Positions 61,121-64,000 of a DNA stretch of 64,000 nt are shown piece by piece; positions within the stretch are counted from its first letter, which is position 1, and each line of letters starts with the position of its first letter. Made by a program: the position numbers and the translations under genes. The stretch lies in assembly GCA_047495785.1 (NCBI GenBank), contig JBLDXI010000011.1, positions 1,798,001-1,862,000 on the forward strand. The letters run 5' to 3'. The notes below the pieces were generated by a model. The model saw only the letters and a list, made by a program, of their open reading frames with translations. It searched no databases and was not told the DNA's origin. The DNA comes from Lepidodermella squamata. Its lineage: Eukaryota > Animalia > Gastrotricha.

Positions 61121-63176
61121 CAGCTGTTCAGCAGGCGGTAGTAATCGGTGGTATTACCATTGCGGTCATAAATTTTGACGAATAAAGAGCGCGTGGCTCA
61201 ATTAAAAATACTAAAATCTGAGAAATAAATGAACAATCATAGAACTTGTGATAGTACGAAAGTTTAGAAGTCAATATAATTCTTAACTGCTTACTTGGCT
61301 GTTTAAAATAAGTGCAATCGAGAACGGCTTAGTGCCAACCAAGCCTATATTAAAATGGACAAGTTAAATTTCGCCGAAAGAAAATTATCTCGTAATTGCT
61401 GTCACCAACTAGCTGTCATGGGAAGGTCCAGTCGACAAACAATAAAATGGGAAGATGAATAAAATAACTCATGGCCCTTAGCCCTTACATCTCCCCGCCA
61501 GCCGGCTGAAAGGTGAAAGGAGGGCGAGCCAGCGTTCGAAAATTACGTTGATGTGATTATTGTAGTGTCCGACTGTTGCATGATCGGTAGACTAGATTTA
61601 AGATTTAAGCCTACATATCTCTTCAGGAGTTCTTCTTAGTGCTAATACAATAAGTCCGAAGATATCTCAGTTTGAAGCTGTACTTCATTCGCTTCAACCG
61701 TTAATATTGGAGGAAAGTTATTATGGGAAGTTTTCGGCCGCAAGAAAGTTAAACGGCTAATTACAGCCACCGAGCGAGGCGCGAAGTACCGGTAGCTCCA
61801 TGGCCCATGGCAACGATTCAAATGCCAAAGCGGATGCATTATAACGCATGAAACACATGACGTTTTTAGTGTGTTCAAATGTTTGTCAACAAACATCTCG
61901 GTAAAATCTGCTTCGAAATCAATCCCGCTGTTAAGAGAAGCTTTTTATTTCAAGAAGGTCTTCTCAGGTGTACTGTTACTTAATCTAAACCCCACCAAAA
62001 GCAAATTACTCTCGATTAAGAGTTTAATCGACGATCATCAATTTGCCGAAACAGTTCAACTCGCACATGCAATCAGAAAAGCGAAGAATGAAGCTATACA
62101 TGTCTGGTTCCCAGTTCCCAGGATCATGCTGCATTTGATTTCTCAGTTTCATGGGAAAGCAGACATCTGCTCAAGGCTCACGATACAAAGCAGATGCACT
62201 CTCCGCTCAACGAAAAAGTGACAGTTTTCTGCGTAATTTCGACGGCGAAAATCAGCCTCAAAATCAATAAATTGTAAGCAAAAGTAGCTCAGTGTAACAG
62301 CAACAGCATAGCTATCTCATTTTGCGAAACAAACCTAGGCTAGGCGGCTACGCAACGCTCAAAGAGGCGTTTTTTGGCGCTGTTTTCAAAGTTTTGGCTC
62401 GCGTTCGGTGCTTGGCGTTGTTTGAATTTTTAGATTCCCAATTTAAATGACCTCGACGTATTTTGGAAATTTTATACGGAAAATCTAAATTTATTCTATT
62501 TTGCTCTATAATATTTTGCAACAATAATACTTTGAAATTCTTGATGATTTATAAAGGGCTACGTTTGACCGGCAAATGGGTGTTTACTCGGTCAGCTGTC
62601 CAGATTGAGGTTGTAAAACCGCTGCGAAGAGTAGCGTCGATCGACCGACTGTCGAAAGTCGAAAGTCAACCGAAAGAAGTTAACCGAAAGGTTGGCGGTT
62701 GGTGGTTGTCGGTAGGTCGAGGTCCCCAACTTAAAACGCAATATTTTTTCAATCGGACTACCGACTACCGTCCCCACCGTTGCGTTTGGTAAAAAAAACG
62801 AATTGTCGAATGCTCTATGTATGGGCTTCGAACATTCTAGAAACAATTGTTTAAATGTTTACTTAAATCATCTTCTTAGAATGCCGAATGTAGCTTGTGC
62901 CTATTCTTCATTGTTCAAATCCTAAATCCCGATAGGTATAGCACGTGACTTGCGCAAAATTGTTGCAAGAGATCATCGCATTCGTTACTTGCCAAGTATC
63001 AAGTTCAACGAGTTTGCTATCTCATTCGACATCGACATTTATTATTTACGCTGTCTTAGCTAGCGGTCTCGCTGGACCTGGGCGTACCTCTTGCTCTTTG
63101 TTCATCGCTCGCTGTTCGATGTGAAAATCGTGCATTATCATCCATTTAGGTTGTTTTTACTTACTATCAAGCGTAG

Positions 63177-64000
<824 letters not shown>

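Noticed and set aside
61600-62260. Possible small gene between DOT1L and DDX41
   Set aside because: Only short ORFs with no recognisable motif or consistent splice model.

Overview
Eukaryotic, most likely invertebrate-animal, genomic DNA with short (mostly 50-60 bp) GT-AG introns. The first ~54 kb is a transposon-rich tandem array of at least 11 paralogues of a secreted cysteine-rich protein family I do not recognise. Eight are apparently intact and three disrupted; the family plan is 4 exons, and every intron I could reconstruct is phase 0. A variable-length CPxGQSC-repeat N-terminal region precedes a 10-Cys C-terminal domain with hypervariable loops. The array contains a 3,647-bp DNA transposon (22045-25691; 34-bp perfect TIRs, apparent 2-bp TSD) with two intact, spliced, convergent genes: a RAG1/Transib-like DDE transposase (~579 aa) and an acidic protein with a Myb/SANT-like C-terminus (~338 aa). 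It also contains a young Ty1/copia element (identical 229-bp LTRs, half-tRNA-iMet-type PBS, gag and pol in one frame separated by a single TGA) nested in a truncated LINE. Non-autonomous hAT, CMC/EnSpm-like, Tc1/mariner and MULE-like elements and several retroelement relics are also present. The right end holds the conserved genes DOT1L (minus strand, complete) and DDX41/abstrakt (plus strand, running off the window). All gene models and family assignments were made by eye from motifs; no database searches were run.
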